The notes beneath the pieces were generated by a model. That model saw only the letters and a program-made list of their open reading frames with translations. It searched no databases and was not told where the DNA came from. Below are positions 1-10,200 of a stretch of 54,196 nucleotides of DNA, piece by piece. The position numbers and the translations under genes are program-made. The DNA is from a virus (taxonomy: Duplodnaviria; Caudoviricetes): the IMG/VR virus record IMGVR_UViG_3300034407_002255, positions 1-54,196 of that record, one strand, 5' to 3'. The stretch's first letter is position 1. Each line of letters starts with the position of its first letter.

Positions 1-2
1 TG

Positions 3-464
3 GGGCGAGCGAAAATTCCGATGGTGGTCACAAATCACACATACGATGTGGTTGGTAGTATGTTTCCCCAAAAAGAGATGGGTGGTGGAAGTGGTCTGAA
101 GTATGCAGCTTCTAGTATTGTCTACTTGAGTAAGAAGAAAGAGAAGGACGGTACAGAAGTTATTGGTAATATTGTTCACTGTAAGAATCATAAGAGTCGT
201 TTGACAAAAGAGAACAAGATGGTTGATGTACGATTGACTTATGATGGTGGATTGGACAAGTATTATGGATTATTGGACTTGGCACTGAAGTATGGCATCT
301 TCAAGAGTGTTTCCACTCGTATTGAGCTGCCAGATGGTACGAAAACGTTTGGTAAGACGATCAATAACAATCCAGAGAAGTTCTTTACGGATGATATTAT
401 GAATCAGTTGGATGAAGCAGCGAGAAAAGAGTTCTCGTATGGGGTGTCTGCCGATGAAGAATGA
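3..464 (+). CDS. uvsX: UvsX RecA-like recombinase, C-terminal part (5' truncated by window edge)
   Basis: Frame is open from position 3 ([14 protein letters not shown]...[27 protein letters not shown]...KSRLTKEN), matching the RecA/UvsX C-terminal half in T4-like phages. Confidence 0.95.
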   Translation, partial: GRAKIPMVVTNHTYDVVGSMFPQKEMGGGSGLKYAASSIVYLSKKKEKDGTEVIGNIVHCKNHKSRLTKENKMVDVRLTYDGGLDKYYGLLDLALKYGIFKSVSTRIELPDGTKTFGKTINNNPEKFFTDDIMNQLDEAARKEFSYGVSADEE

Positions 465-1044
465 GGAATGGTGGGTTCCTGGCTACGGAACTGAAAAAGT
501 AGGTCCATTTTTGGAAAGTCTAGTAGGTCTTGCAAGGCCACAGCGTATTCTAGAACTTGGTATGGGTTACACCACACCGTTTCTTTTGAATGGGCTCAAG
601 GAAAATACTGAAGGGTTACTGTGGGATGGTAACTGCGATAAAGACTATCTGGATAAACCGTACAGCCCTAAGTTTGTTGTGGTTGATAACTTGAGTATGG
701 AAGATGATCAAGCGGAAAAACGCATGAGCATTCTGGAAGGTGAGCCTCTGGTAGAATTCATACAGGGTGATATGAAAGATGGTGAGGTAATTAGTCAAAT
801 AGATACTCATGGACCCTATGATCTTGTGTGGGTTGACTGTGGTGGTTGGGAAGAATATAAATTCTTTGCAGAAAACTATTGGCATATGGTAAAGGAGTAC
901 GTTCTGTTTCATTTCACTTACTTTAAAGGTGAACCAAACAAGAATTTAGAAGTTGTTAGTCAGTTACCCGCAGCATTTCGCATGGATATTATTGAGCCAC
1001 ACAAATTTAGGCAGGGTAGTATCACGATGTTACGGAAAGTATGA
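454..1044 (+). CDS. Class I SAM-dependent methyltransferase
   Basis: [10 protein letters not shown] (motif I) and YDLVWVDCG; ATG at 454 overlapping the uvsX end preferred over 412. Confidence 0.75.
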   Translation: MKNEEWWVPGYGTEKVGPFLESLVGLARPQRILELGMGYTTPFLLNGLKENTEGLLWDGNCDKDYLDKPYSPKFVVVDNLSMEDDQAEKRMSILEGEPLVEFIQGDMKDGEVISQIDTHGPYDLVWVDCGGWEEYKFFAENYWHMVKEYVLFHFTYFKGEPNKNLEVVSQLPAAFRMDIIEPHKFRQGSITMLRKV

Positions 1045-1613
1045 CGATGAGTGATTTCATACGTCAATATGCGAATGCTCTACCTGATGATCTGTGTGAA
1101 ACACTGATTGTGTGGTTTGATTCTGTGGAAGATGTTAAGACTGTCAAGGCTGATCGAATAACTCGTAAGGACGAACAAAAATGGCTGACCTTTGAACAAC
1201 ATAGCGACCTGTATACCAGAGTTCAGAAGCACAAGTATGACATGATGCACAGATACAAGGAAGAGTTTCCGTTTTGCTATCGTGGCGCAAAGAAACTGGT
1301 ATCACCTGATATCAAGGTTCAATGCACACCGCCCTTTGGTGGGGGATTTCATAACTGGCATTCAGAGGTAAGTCACTATGAAAACATGGATCGTTGTTTG
1401 GTGTGGTCGTTCTACTTGAATGATGTGGATATTGATGAAGGAGAGACAGAATTTTTGTATGAGAAACTAAGAGTTCGTCCAAGAAAAGGTTTAGGAGTAA
1501 TGTTTCCTGCCGGTTGGACGTTTCAGCATCGTGGAAACCCTGTACACACTGCTGATAAGTATATGCTTACGGGGTGGTGGCACTATCCAACAGAGAAAGG
1601 ATACTACAAGTGA
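1041..1613 (+). CDS. 2OG-Fe(II) oxygenase
   Basis: GGFHNWHSE...YLNDV..GETEF...FPAGWTFQHRGNP...KY; Hx(D/E)...H triad typical of marine myophage oxygenases. Confidence 0.9.
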   Translation: MTMSDFIRQYANALPDDLCETLIVWFDSVEDVKTVKADRITRKDEQKWLTFEQHSDLYTRVQKHKYDMMHRYKEEFPFCYRGAKKLVSPDIKVQCTPPFGGGFHNWHSEVSHYENMDRCLVWSFYLNDVDIDEGETEFLYEKLRVRPRKGLGVMFPAGWTFQHRGNPVHTADKYMLTGWWHYPTEKGYYK

Positions 1614-1867
1614 TTGGTGAGACAGTTAGTTATCTGAATGAATATGAAGAGAAAGTTACCGGCAAGGTAACAGATATCAGTTCGGATAGATTTGATGATG
1701 TGAAGTGGTTGGTTATGGGAGATGGTGAAATAGCCAGACCTCATTACTGGTCCAAGAAGAAAAAGTCCTACGAGCCCGTAAAGGACAAGGACATGGACTC
1801 TATTTACCTTGAGGTGAAAGGTAGGAGAAGTTACGAGTTCATTTATTTGAATGAGGTATTACTATGA
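1610..1867 (+). CDS. Hypothetical protein
   Basis: GTG start overlapping upstream stop (GTGA); coupled to the next gene by ATGA overlap. Confidence 0.65.
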   Translation: MIGETVSYLNEYEEKVTGKVTDISSDRFDDVKWLVMGDGEIARPHYWSKKKKSYEPVKDKDMDSIYLEVKGRRSYEFIYLNEVLL

Positions 1868-2241
1868 AAACAAAGATGATGACAGAGGAAGATCAGAAAG
1901 CTGTTGCGAAGATGATCGAAAATGGATATGTGTTGACAGATGAAGTAGATACAGAACTTCCAACTGCAATTGATAATCCCGATACGAAAGCTGAGATGGC
2001 AATTCCATACGGAACACCAGATAAAGAAATTAAACTGCACAAGCGATCTCTAAAACAGCTGTTGGCGGAAAGAGCAAGCTGGGAAAAGAAGTTTACAGTT
2101 CGTAATGGTGGTATGCGAGGCCTTCCCCAGAGTGTTCGTAAGAGAATTGAACGTTTGGAGAAAGTTATCAACTATAAATCAGAAATTTTGAAAAGGGCAA
2201 TCGAAGAAAATGAGTCTGGCAGCGTTAGCAAAGAGTCTTAA
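1864..2241 (+). CDS. Hypothetical protein
   Basis: 125 aa ORF with GAGG SD, tightly packed in operon. Confidence 0.7.
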   Translation: MKTKMMTEEDQKAVAKMIENGYVLTDEVDTELPTAIDNPDTKAEMAIPYGTPDKEIKLHKRSLKQLLAERASWEKKFTVRNGGMRGLPQSVRKRIERLEKVINYKSEILKRAIEENESGSVSKES

Positions 2242-2905
2242 GCCTTCAACACAGTTTGATAGGCATCCCCTGTCAAAACAATTTTCAGAGAAGTTTCCAA
2301 TCATAACTCTTGATTTGGAAGAAATGGCTGATAGAAAAGTTCATGAAGACCAAGATATGTCGTTAAACGAAAATCTTGAACGTCAAATTCGAGAACATGG
2401 CGATAGACAACAAAAGAGAACGAATGTCAAGGCATCTATGACCGATTGGTATATGCAAGATACCAGTAAGGGGTTTCAGTGGGTGTGTAATCATGCAATG
2501 ATGTTAGCATCAGAGAACAATCCTCAAAATTTAGACATGATACCGTATGATTGTTGGGGAGCAATCTATCGTGAGGGTGATTATACGGTTATGCACAACC
2601 ACTGGCCCCACCTCTGGAGTTTTGTTTACTATGTCAACTGTCCAGATGGATCAGCACCGCTGTTATTTGATAGATGCCTTCATCCCGGCAAAGGTATTGA
2701 ACGTGTGGTTCCAAAAAGAGGACTTATGGTTTTATTTCCTGGCTGGGTGCATCATTCTGTACCAAAACATATAGGTGAAGACCGAATTGTGGTTGCTGGT
2801 AACCTCTCTATGAACCCATTTTCGCATTTAAAGACGTTAGAGGACCGTGGATTGGGTCAATGGCGGTCTGTTTATGGGTCTAGAGGAAATACTCAAAGAT
2901 TATAA
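2210..2905 (+). CDS. Putative 2OG-Fe(II) oxygenase (HxH type, TIGR02466-like)
   Basis: WGAIY..GDYTVMHNHWPH.WSFVYYV...LFPGWVHHSVP...RIVVAGN. Confidence 0.85.
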   Translation: MSLAALAKSLKPSTQFDRHPLSKQFSEKFPIITLDLEEMADRKVHEDQDMSLNENLERQIREHGDRQQKRTNVKASMTDWYMQDTSKGFQWVCNHAMMLASENNPQNLDMIPYDCWGAIYREGDYTVMHNHWPHLWSFVYYVNCPDGSAPLLFDRCLHPGKGIERVVPKRGLMVLFPGWVHHSVPKHIGEDRIVVAGNLSMNPFSHLKTLEDRGLGQWRSVYGSRGNTQRL

Positions 2906-2907
2906 TT

Positions 2908-2915
2908 ACTAAATA
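2908..2915 (+). promoter_or_regulatory. Late promoter variant ACTAAATA
   Basis: Intergenic, just upstream of ORF 2925; same variant precedes gp17 and gp20. Confidence 0.55.
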
Positions 2916-2924
2916 AAATCTACC

Positions 2925-3107
2925 ATGTCAGTAAAATACAAAATTATCCGTAGGGATATAGTATGTGATAATATGGATGGAAATGTAGCGCAAGAAACTT
3001 TAGCTCAATTGCGTGATTGTAACCCCGATATTGAATATGAAGTCATTAAATATGACTTTATACCACCTGAAGCCAAACGAATGGGGCGTGATCCAGACTT
3101 ACATTAA
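2925..3107 (+). CDS. Small hypothetical protein
   Basis: 60 aa ORF filling the gap between two late-promoter motifs; ends in GRDPDLH. Confidence 0.65.
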   Translation: MSVKYKIIRRDIVCDNMDGNVAQETLAQLRDCNPDIEYEVIKYDFIPPEAKRMGRDPDLH

Positions 3108-3111
3108 TCGT

Positions 3112-3119
3112 TATAAATA
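3112..3119 (+). promoter_or_regulatory. T4-type late promoter TATAAATA
   Basis: Exact gp55 consensus, intergenic, upstream of gp5. Confidence 0.85.
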
Positions 3120-3139
3120 ATTCTGAAAAGGATTATTTT

Positions 3140-4606
3140 ATGACAGACACAATTAATTTTATGGGCCTGGATGGGTTTGCCTGGTTTGTTGGTGTAGTAG
3201 AGGATAGAAATGATCCCGAGCAACTTGGTCGTGTTCGGGTTCGTTGTCTTGGGTGGCATACTGAAGATTTGAGTGCATTACCTACAGCAGAGTTGCCGTG
3301 GGCCCATGTCATGCATCCTGTAACTGACCCATCTATGCACGGTATGGGAACAACGCCCTCATTTCTTTTAGAGGGTGGATGGGTAGTTGGATTCTTTCGA
3401 GATACAGAGTATCAACAACCAGTTATTATTGGAACGCTACCTGGCGTGCCTCTCAACCCTGCTGATCATAAAAGAGGATTTAATGACCCTCGACATATGG
3501 ACTCGACTCAAATAAACTTTGCTGGTAAAAAACAATACGCAAAGGAAGATAAGGGCGGGAAAGTATATAATCCCGGCGAGGATGGCGGAACCATTGAGGA
3601 TTACAATCCAGCATACTCTCAACAATCATATGGCCCATATCCACTAGGCGGCGATGATGGTAAGGGCGGTAAGTTTAGTAGGTCATCTGGACATACCATT
3701 AAAGAATCAGACACAAACAGACTCGCCAGGAACGGTGGTCATGCTGTATTGAGTTCTAAAGATATAGATTATGATCCCGAAACTGCTCCTCAAGGTAGGA
3801 CCAAAGATGTTTTTGTTGCTTTATATGAGCCAGATGCTGAAAATGGTAATGATATTATTGGCAATAAGGTAGGTAACAAACAACATACTGTGGATGCATC
3901 AAGAACAGTTGACTCTATCAATACAGATGTAAATGAGAATAAATGGGTAGAGCCAAGTACCACATCCCCATCCTCAAATGGTAATCCCAGATATGACACA
4001 AAATATCCGTACAATCATGTATTTGAAACAGAGAGCGGTCATATCAAAGAGTATGACGATACTCCAAACGCAGAGCGTATCCATGAGTATCACAAGTCAG
4101 GAACATTTTACGAGATAGACACAGATGGCAACAAACAAACCCGTATAGTAGGAAACAATTATGAGGTAATTGCGGGAACTAATTTCGTCAACGTCAAGGG
4201 AGATGTAAATCTAACCATCGACTCAAATTGTAAAACGTATATTAAAGGTGATTGGGATATACAAGTTGACGGCAACAAAACTGAGCTCATAAAAGGTAGT
4301 CACTCGAAAACTGTCAATCAAAATCATACTGAAGTGGTATCTGGCACACAAACATCAACCATTGCTGGAGCGGTAACAGAGTCTTACAGTTCATCACTCA
4401 ACACAACCATTGTTGGCACAACTGGAATATTACATCAAGACGTTGCCACATATCACTATGTTGATGATTTCAAAGAAAAGATCGACAAAGATCATTATAT
4501 TGACAAAGAGGGCGGAAAGGTTGATCATACTCATCCGGTTAGCCCACCAAGAACATCTGGTGAGGAACCAGTAGAGGGTCTATTAGAAATAGATGATGTG
4601 TTATGA
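3140..4606 (+). CDS. gp5: Baseplate hub / central spike gp5, no lysozyme domain
   Basis: WFVGVVEDRNDPEQLGRVRVRC..LPWA OB-fold; YPYNHVFETESGH..EYDDTP..ERIHEYH; VxGD/GN beta-helix repeats. Confidence 0.95.
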   Translation: MTDTINFMGLDGFAWFVGVVEDRNDPEQLGRVRVRCLGWHTEDLSALPTAELPWAHVMHPVTDPSMHGMGTTPSFLLEGGWVVGFFRDTEYQQPVIIGTLPGVPLNPADHKRGFNDPRHMDSTQINFAGKKQYAKEDKGGKVYNPGEDGGTIEDYNPAYSQQSYGPYPLGGDDGKGGKFSRSSGHTIKESDTNRLARNGGHAVLSSKDIDYDPETAPQGRTKDVFVALYEPDAENGNDIIGNKVGNKQHTVDASRTVDSINTDVNENKWVEPSTTSPSSNGNPRYDTKYPYNHVFETESGHIKEYDDTPNAERIHEYHKSGTFYEIDTDGNKQTRIVGNNYEVIAGTNFVNVKGDVNLTIDSNCKTYIKGDWDIQVDGNKTELIKGSHSKTVNQNHTEVVSGTQTSTIAGAVTESYSSSLNTTIVGTTGILHQDVATYHYVDDFKEKIDKDHYIDKEGGKVDHTHPVSPPRTSGEEPVEGLLEIDDVL

Positions 4607-4842
4607 TAATAAGAAAAAAAAGTTTAGTTACGGTTGACATACTGTACTGGATGCCTGATTATGAAAACATATTGCAGCAGTTCATTTGGCAAACTAAGGA
4701 TGTTGTGCCAGACATACCAAGGGTGCATAAATTCTTAAATTATTGGCATGACAATATTGATGCGGTCATATCAGAGGTAAAGGTTGCTGATACTACAGAT
4801 CATAGTTATCTACCAGTGAAGGATGTGTATACTTTACGGTAA
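4603..4842 (+). CDS. usg: Usg-family protein
   Basis: LVTVDILYWMPDYENILQQFIWQTKDVVPDIPRVHKFLNYW...VKV matches the recalled alphaproteobacterial Usg pattern (TxxILYxxPDxxxxLQxxxWQxxDxxPxxPxxxxFLxxW). Confidence 0.8.
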   Translation: MIIRKKSLVTVDILYWMPDYENILQQFIWQTKDVVPDIPRVHKFLNYWHDNIDAVISEVKVADTTDHSYLPVKDVYTLR

Positions 4843-4846
4843 ACCT

Positions 4847-4854
4847 TATAAATA
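4847..4854 (+). promoter_or_regulatory. T4-type late promoter TATAAATA
   Basis: Exact consensus upstream of gp25. Confidence 0.85.
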
Positions 4855-4878
4855 AACAAAACCCCTTTTGGAGTGGTG

Positions 4879-5346
4879 ATGGCTACCATAACTAAAACAC
4901 AAAGTTTCAAAGATTTAACTGGATTGAGAGATGCAGAAGGAACTAACGATTCAAATCTCAACGGTAGACAGTATAGAGATTTAGATTTGTTTTTTACAAA
5001 ACGATCAAGAGATAAAGATGTTAATGTTCTTTCAAATGTGACTGCGATTAAACGATCTGTTAGAAACCTTGTGTTGACTAATTTTTATGAAAAACCTTTT
5101 CACCCAGAGATAGGCTCTGGTGTGAGAGAGTTGTTGTTTGAAAATGCAAACCCGTTAACATCTATAGCAATAAGTCAATCAATAACCGATGTTATAAACA
5201 ATTATGAACCACGAGCAAGACTTAATAGTGTTACAGTTTTTGACAACATTGATGCGAATGAGTATGAAGTTACCGTAAATTTCACTGTTGTAAATGGACC
5301 TCCAGAAAATGTTGAATTATCACTGACAATGGAGTTACTACGATAA
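4879..5346 (+). CDS. gp25: Baseplate wedge subunit gp25
   Basis: YRDLDLFF...AIKRSVRNLVLTNFYEKPFHPEIGS..LLFE...YEPRA; alternative GTG start at 4873. Confidence 0.95.
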   Translation: MATITKTQSFKDLTGLRDAEGTNDSNLNGRQYRDLDLFFTKRSRDKDVNVLSNVTAIKRSVRNLVLTNFYEKPFHPEIGSGVRELLFENANPLTSIAISQSITDVINNYEPRARLNSVTVFDNIDANEYEVTVNFTVVNGPPENVELSLTMELLR

Positions 5347-7259
5347 TGGCAAACAATCAAAAATTAGAGATCACAGGCCTTGATTTTGACACGATTAAAG
5401 ACAATCTCAAGACTTACATGAAAAATCAACAACAATTTCTTGATTATGATTTTGAGGGATCAGGCATCAATGCTCTTCTTGATGTATTAGCCTATAATAC
5501 ACATTATCTAGGGTTCCATGCGAATATGTTGGCAAATGAGATGTTCATTGATACGGCGCAGTTGCGATCAAGTGTCGTCTCTCATGCAAAAACACTGGGA
5601 TACGTTCCTCGTTCTGTGAGAGCTCCAAAGGCGAACGTTAATGTCACGTTAAATGATCGTGCCCTTGCAACTGCAACGATGAATGCTGGACAAGTCTTTA
5701 CCACCACCATAGACAACGTTGAATATCAGTTTGTTACAGTTGCAGATTTTAGCGCAACTCAAACTGGAACGAACCTAGTATTCTCTGACATTCCAATTTA
5801 CGAGGGCACATATGTAACGACTCGATACACAGTGGACACATCTGATGTTAATCAAAGATTTTTGATAACTTCAAATCAAGCGGACACAACAACCTTATCT
5901 GTTCAAGTTCAAAACTCAAGTTCAGATTCAACTACGGAAACCTACAATTTAGCAACTGATATCACCCAACTTACTGGTAGTAGTGTTGTTTATTTTTTGC
6001 AAGAGGTAGAGGATGGTTTGTTTGAGGTTTATTTTGGAGACGGTGTGGTTAGTAAAGCGGTAAGTGACGGGAACATAGTTATTCTCAAATATGTCGTCAC
6101 AAATATCGCAGAGGCAAATGGCGCATTTTCATTTACTAACTCTGGTGCGATAGACACGGTAACTGACGTTACAACAACAACTATGGCAGCTGCATCGGGC
6201 GGTGCTGCAGCAGAAAGCACACAGTCTATCAAATTGTCTGCTCCTCTTGATTACGCATCACAAGGTAGGTGTGTCACCACGAATGATTATAAAGTGTATG
6301 TTCAAAAGTTTTATCCTCAAGCAACTGCCGTTCAAATTTTTGGTGGAGAAAATGGATCGTTCGATTCAAGTCTTGGGGTTGTGTCAACACCAGACTATGG
6401 TAAGGTTTTTATTTCAGTCAGAAATAATTTAGGCACTAATTTAACAACAGATGAGAAGGCAACTTTAGTATCAGATTTGAGTCCATACACAGTGGCCTCT
6501 ATAACACCAGTTGTCGTTGACCCAGATTTTATTTATTTATTTTTAACAGTTTCTTTCAAATTTAATTCTCTTGCAACGACAAAGACAAAAGATACTTTGG
6601 TGACAGAGGTTACGAAAGCATTAACCACATATAATACAAATGAGTTAACAAAATTTGATGTTATTTTTAGACACTCACAATTATTAAGACAAATTGGTGA
6701 TGTTGATGGCTCGATTACGAGCATAACTGTCTCACCTCTTGTGGTTAAGTATTTTACTCCAACAATATCTACAACTGAAGCAAAATCTTACAACCTGTAT
6801 TTTAACAATGAGTTGTTCAATCCTCACAGCGGTCACAATGCGGGTGCTGGTGGAATATTGTCTTCAACAGGGTTTAAGGTTAGTGGTGAAACTAATGAAC
6901 AATTTTTTGATGACGATGGTGAAGGGAATGTAAGATTATATTATTTGACAGGTGGGACTCGAAACTACACAAATTCTACGGCTGGTACAATAAACTATAA
7001 AACAGGTGAGGTGAATATTAGTTCTCTAATCATTACTGCAATATCCGATATCAATAGTGTGGCGCAAACTCAAATTCGTATCACTGTAGTGCCAAACTCA
7101 AATGATATTGTTGCATTGAGAAACCAAGTTTTAGAACTCGATGTTACAAATTCAACAGTAACAGGAGCTGTTGATAATGTCGCAGTTGGAGATGAAGGAG
7201 GTGCGGCAACGTATAGTGCTTCCGGCGCAACCGTAAGTACATCAGGGACGAGTTATTAA
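5346..7259 (+). CDS. gp6: Baseplate wedge subunit gp6
   Basis: LDFDTIK..L..Y...FLDYDFEGSG...LDVLAYNTHY...NEMFIDTAQLRSSVVSHAK.LGY.P; RCVTTNDY. Confidence 0.95.
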   Translation: MANNQKLEITGLDFDTIKDNLKTYMKNQQQFLDYDFEGSGINALLDVLAYNTHYLGFHANMLANEMFIDTAQLRSSVVSHAKTLGYVPRSVRAPKANVNVTLNDRALATATMNAGQVFTTTIDNVEYQFVTVADFSATQTGTNLVFSDIPIYEGTYVTTRYTVDTSDVNQRFLITSNQADTTTLSVQVQNSSSDSTTETYNLATDITQLTGSSVVYFLQEVEDGLFEVYFGDGVVSKAVSDGNIVILKYVVTNIAEANGAFSFTNSGAIDTVTDVTTTTMAAASGGAAAESTQSIKLSAPLDYASQGRCVTTNDYKVYVQKFYPQATAVQIFGGENGSFDSSLGVVSTPDYGKVFISVRNNLGTNLTTDEKATLVSDLSPYTVASITPVVVDPDFIYLFLTVSFKFNSLATTKTKDTLVTEVTKALTTYNTNELTKFDVIFRHSQLLRQIGDVDGSITSITVSPLVVKYFTPTISTTEAKSYNLYFNNELFNPHSGHNAGAGGILSSTGFKVSGETNEQFFDDDGEGNVRLYYLTGGTRNYTNSTAGTINYKTGEVNISSLIITAISDINSVAQTQIRITVVPNSNDIVALRNQVLELDVTNSTVTGAVDNVAVGDEGGAATYSASGATVSTSGTSY

Positions 7260-7261
7260 CA

Positions 7262-10200
7262 ATGGCACCTTTTGATTCTGGATTACCAACAAAAATATCT
7301 CCATTAATAGATGGTCAAGTGCCTGATTTTATTCAGGCAGATCATCCTGTTTTTGTAGAGTTTCTTAAACAATATTATAAGTTCTTAGAATCTGCTGAGA
7401 TTACTATCGACGGCACAGTTGATGATTTGTTATTGGAGACATTTACAACAAGTTATGTGTCCTTGGATGGTACAAATGAGTCAGGATTGGACGGTGGAGA
7501 TAGAGTTGTTTTAGAGACAGGTTCTGGCACCACAGGAAAATTTGAAATTGGTGAAACCATCACTGGATCGACAAGTAAAGCAACCGCAACAGTTCTTGTT
7601 GACGCAGAGGGTAAAGCAGCTTCATGGACTGCTAGACTTTTCATTTCTGCGAACCAAAAGTTTATTGAAGGTGAAACAATAACTGGCGGAACATCTGGTG
7701 CGACCTCAACTATATTAACATATAGGGCAAACCCTGTACAGAATATTCAACAACTTTTAGAATATCAAAATACAGATAATACAGTTGATCATTTTTTAAC
7801 AGCGTTTAGAGATTCGTTTTTGGACTCCATCCCTCTTGCTCTTGCAGATGGAGTATCAAAAAGAAAATTAATCAAATCAATTCGTGACTTGTACGCAGCA
7901 AAAGGAACTTCAGAGGGTCACAAGTTATTCTTTAGAATTTTATTGGGTCAGGAAGCAGAGATAGACTATCCATCGAAGTACATGATGAGAATAAGTGATG
8001 GTAACTGGTCCACTCCGACGATAATTAGATGCACATCTGATTCCACTGGTGCCATACCGTCAGAGATGGCAGGCCAAACTGTAACTGGAGCATCATCTGG
8101 AACTAAAGCTCAAATTATAGGTGTGACCACCTTCAATCAAGGTACAGATTCCGTTGTTGAATTTTCGTTACGAGAGGATAGTATTGAGGGTTCTGGTTTT
8201 TCTATTTCAGAAACATTTACCGGACAAACAACATCAACCGATATAATTCAACAGTTCACAGTGCAAGGTATTGTAACAGATGTAACCGTAAACGACGGCG
8301 GTATTCTTTACAGTGTCGGAGATGCAATAACCTTTGACACTCAAAAGGGTAATGGTCGGGCTGAGGCAAAAGTTAGTGAAATCAGTAGTGGTTCAATATC
8401 GGGAGTGCATATTGAGGAACGTGGTGAGAATTATGCTATTGGAGACTCTTTAAAATTCACACCAGCATCAACTGATGTTTCTGTAGATGATGCGAGAGCA
8501 TTTGTTTCTGTCGTTGGTGGTCGGTTATCATTAGAGGATTCAACAGCAATCACCCCAACTTTTTTCAATGTAGAAAATGAAACAAACTCACAGTTTGTCA
8601 ATACAAAAATATTACTAAATGGAACGTCCATAGCTGACGCTGCTGTTGAACCGTATGCTGTTCAAGGGACTGATAGAAGATATAGTGATAGCAGACTTTA
8701 TTACTATCCACTGTATGTCACTAAGGCAAGAGCAGAGGCAGCAAACACCTCAACTGGACTTGCTCACGCACACGTTTTTGAACAATATCCTGACATAGTT
8801 TTTTATATGCCCAGTGATGATCAGAATCATGCGAAGTCAACCTTCGACTCATCAAAGTATGATTTATTTGTGACAAGACAAAAAACAGTTGATGATGGGG
8901 ATGAAATAGTTTTAGAGGATGATTTTAAACTTCTTCAAGAGGAAGAGTTATTATCTCTAGATTCTTATGGCACAGATACAGATGGTATCATTTTGGAGTC
9001 AGGGACTTTCACGGTTGCTGAATCAACAGAGATTAATAGACTGTTTTTTGTTGATGGCGGCGGTGGTTACAAAAAATTACCAACGGTCACGGTGACTTCC
9101 TCCGCTGGTTCCGGTGCAGAAATGGTTGCAAATACAACCACCATTGGTGCTATCAAAGAGATTGAAGTTGTTGATAACGGATTCAAATATAACGCAGATG
9201 TTCCAGAGGCATCTGTTAACACAAACTTGATATTGAAAGATGTTGATGCTACATTTAACTTTGGTAGTCGATTGACATCTCATACAGGAAATGTTGTTTC
9301 ATACGACAATTCAGTTCATAAGTTAGTTACTAGTTCAACACCTACCAATAGATTGACAATGGAACAATCTGGTACTTTCAATGAAGCTATTAGATTAGAA
9401 AATACTGCGTTTGCAGGAATCGGTGAAGAACAGCATGGACCAGTTAATCAGAACTATAGTGTGCAAGATGAATCAGATGATGGTGTATTAATTGATAATC
9501 ATAGTGAAAAAGATACAAGGATTACCTTAGAGAATGAGCCAGGTTCTATAGTAATTGATGCTTTTGAAATTGGAAATTATGAACAAATTAGTTTAGAGCA
9601 AGACTTAGATTCTCCCGTAGATGTAGGAATTGAACTTGAGGACAGTTTAGTTGTAAAGGCAGATGTATCTGGTAAGATTTTATTGAATTCTCATAGAAGA
9701 ATAAAATTTGCACGGACTGAACAACTAAATGAAAGAGTGGATTTAGAGGATGCCACTGTAGGTAACAATGTTTTTGGCGAACAACAATCAGGTGGGCTTC
9801 TGTATAACTCTAGCATGGATGATGTTGGTGACCGTTTCGACCTTGAGGCTGATACTCCCGGCAGAGAGGGGAGAGGGTTTATTCAGTTTGAAACTGCCAC
9901 TGAAAGTAGTTCGGGGTTAGGAAGAGAACCTAGACCAATTTTTGATGGAACTGGTTTTAGTGAAGGCGATAGAGTAACATATGAAATTGATACTAGTATA
10001 GAATTTGGGAATAATACAGATTCCATCCTTTTGGAAACTTCTGAAAATCCGTTATTTAACTCGGGCAGTTTTCTCATACAAGAGGACACAGGTAACTCTA
10101 TAGTATTAAATACTAGTGGCGGTATTGATAATGAACTAGATGTTGGAGATAAACTTTTACAACCTGTTTTAGATCGTTCCGAAGCCTCTAATCCTGGCCA

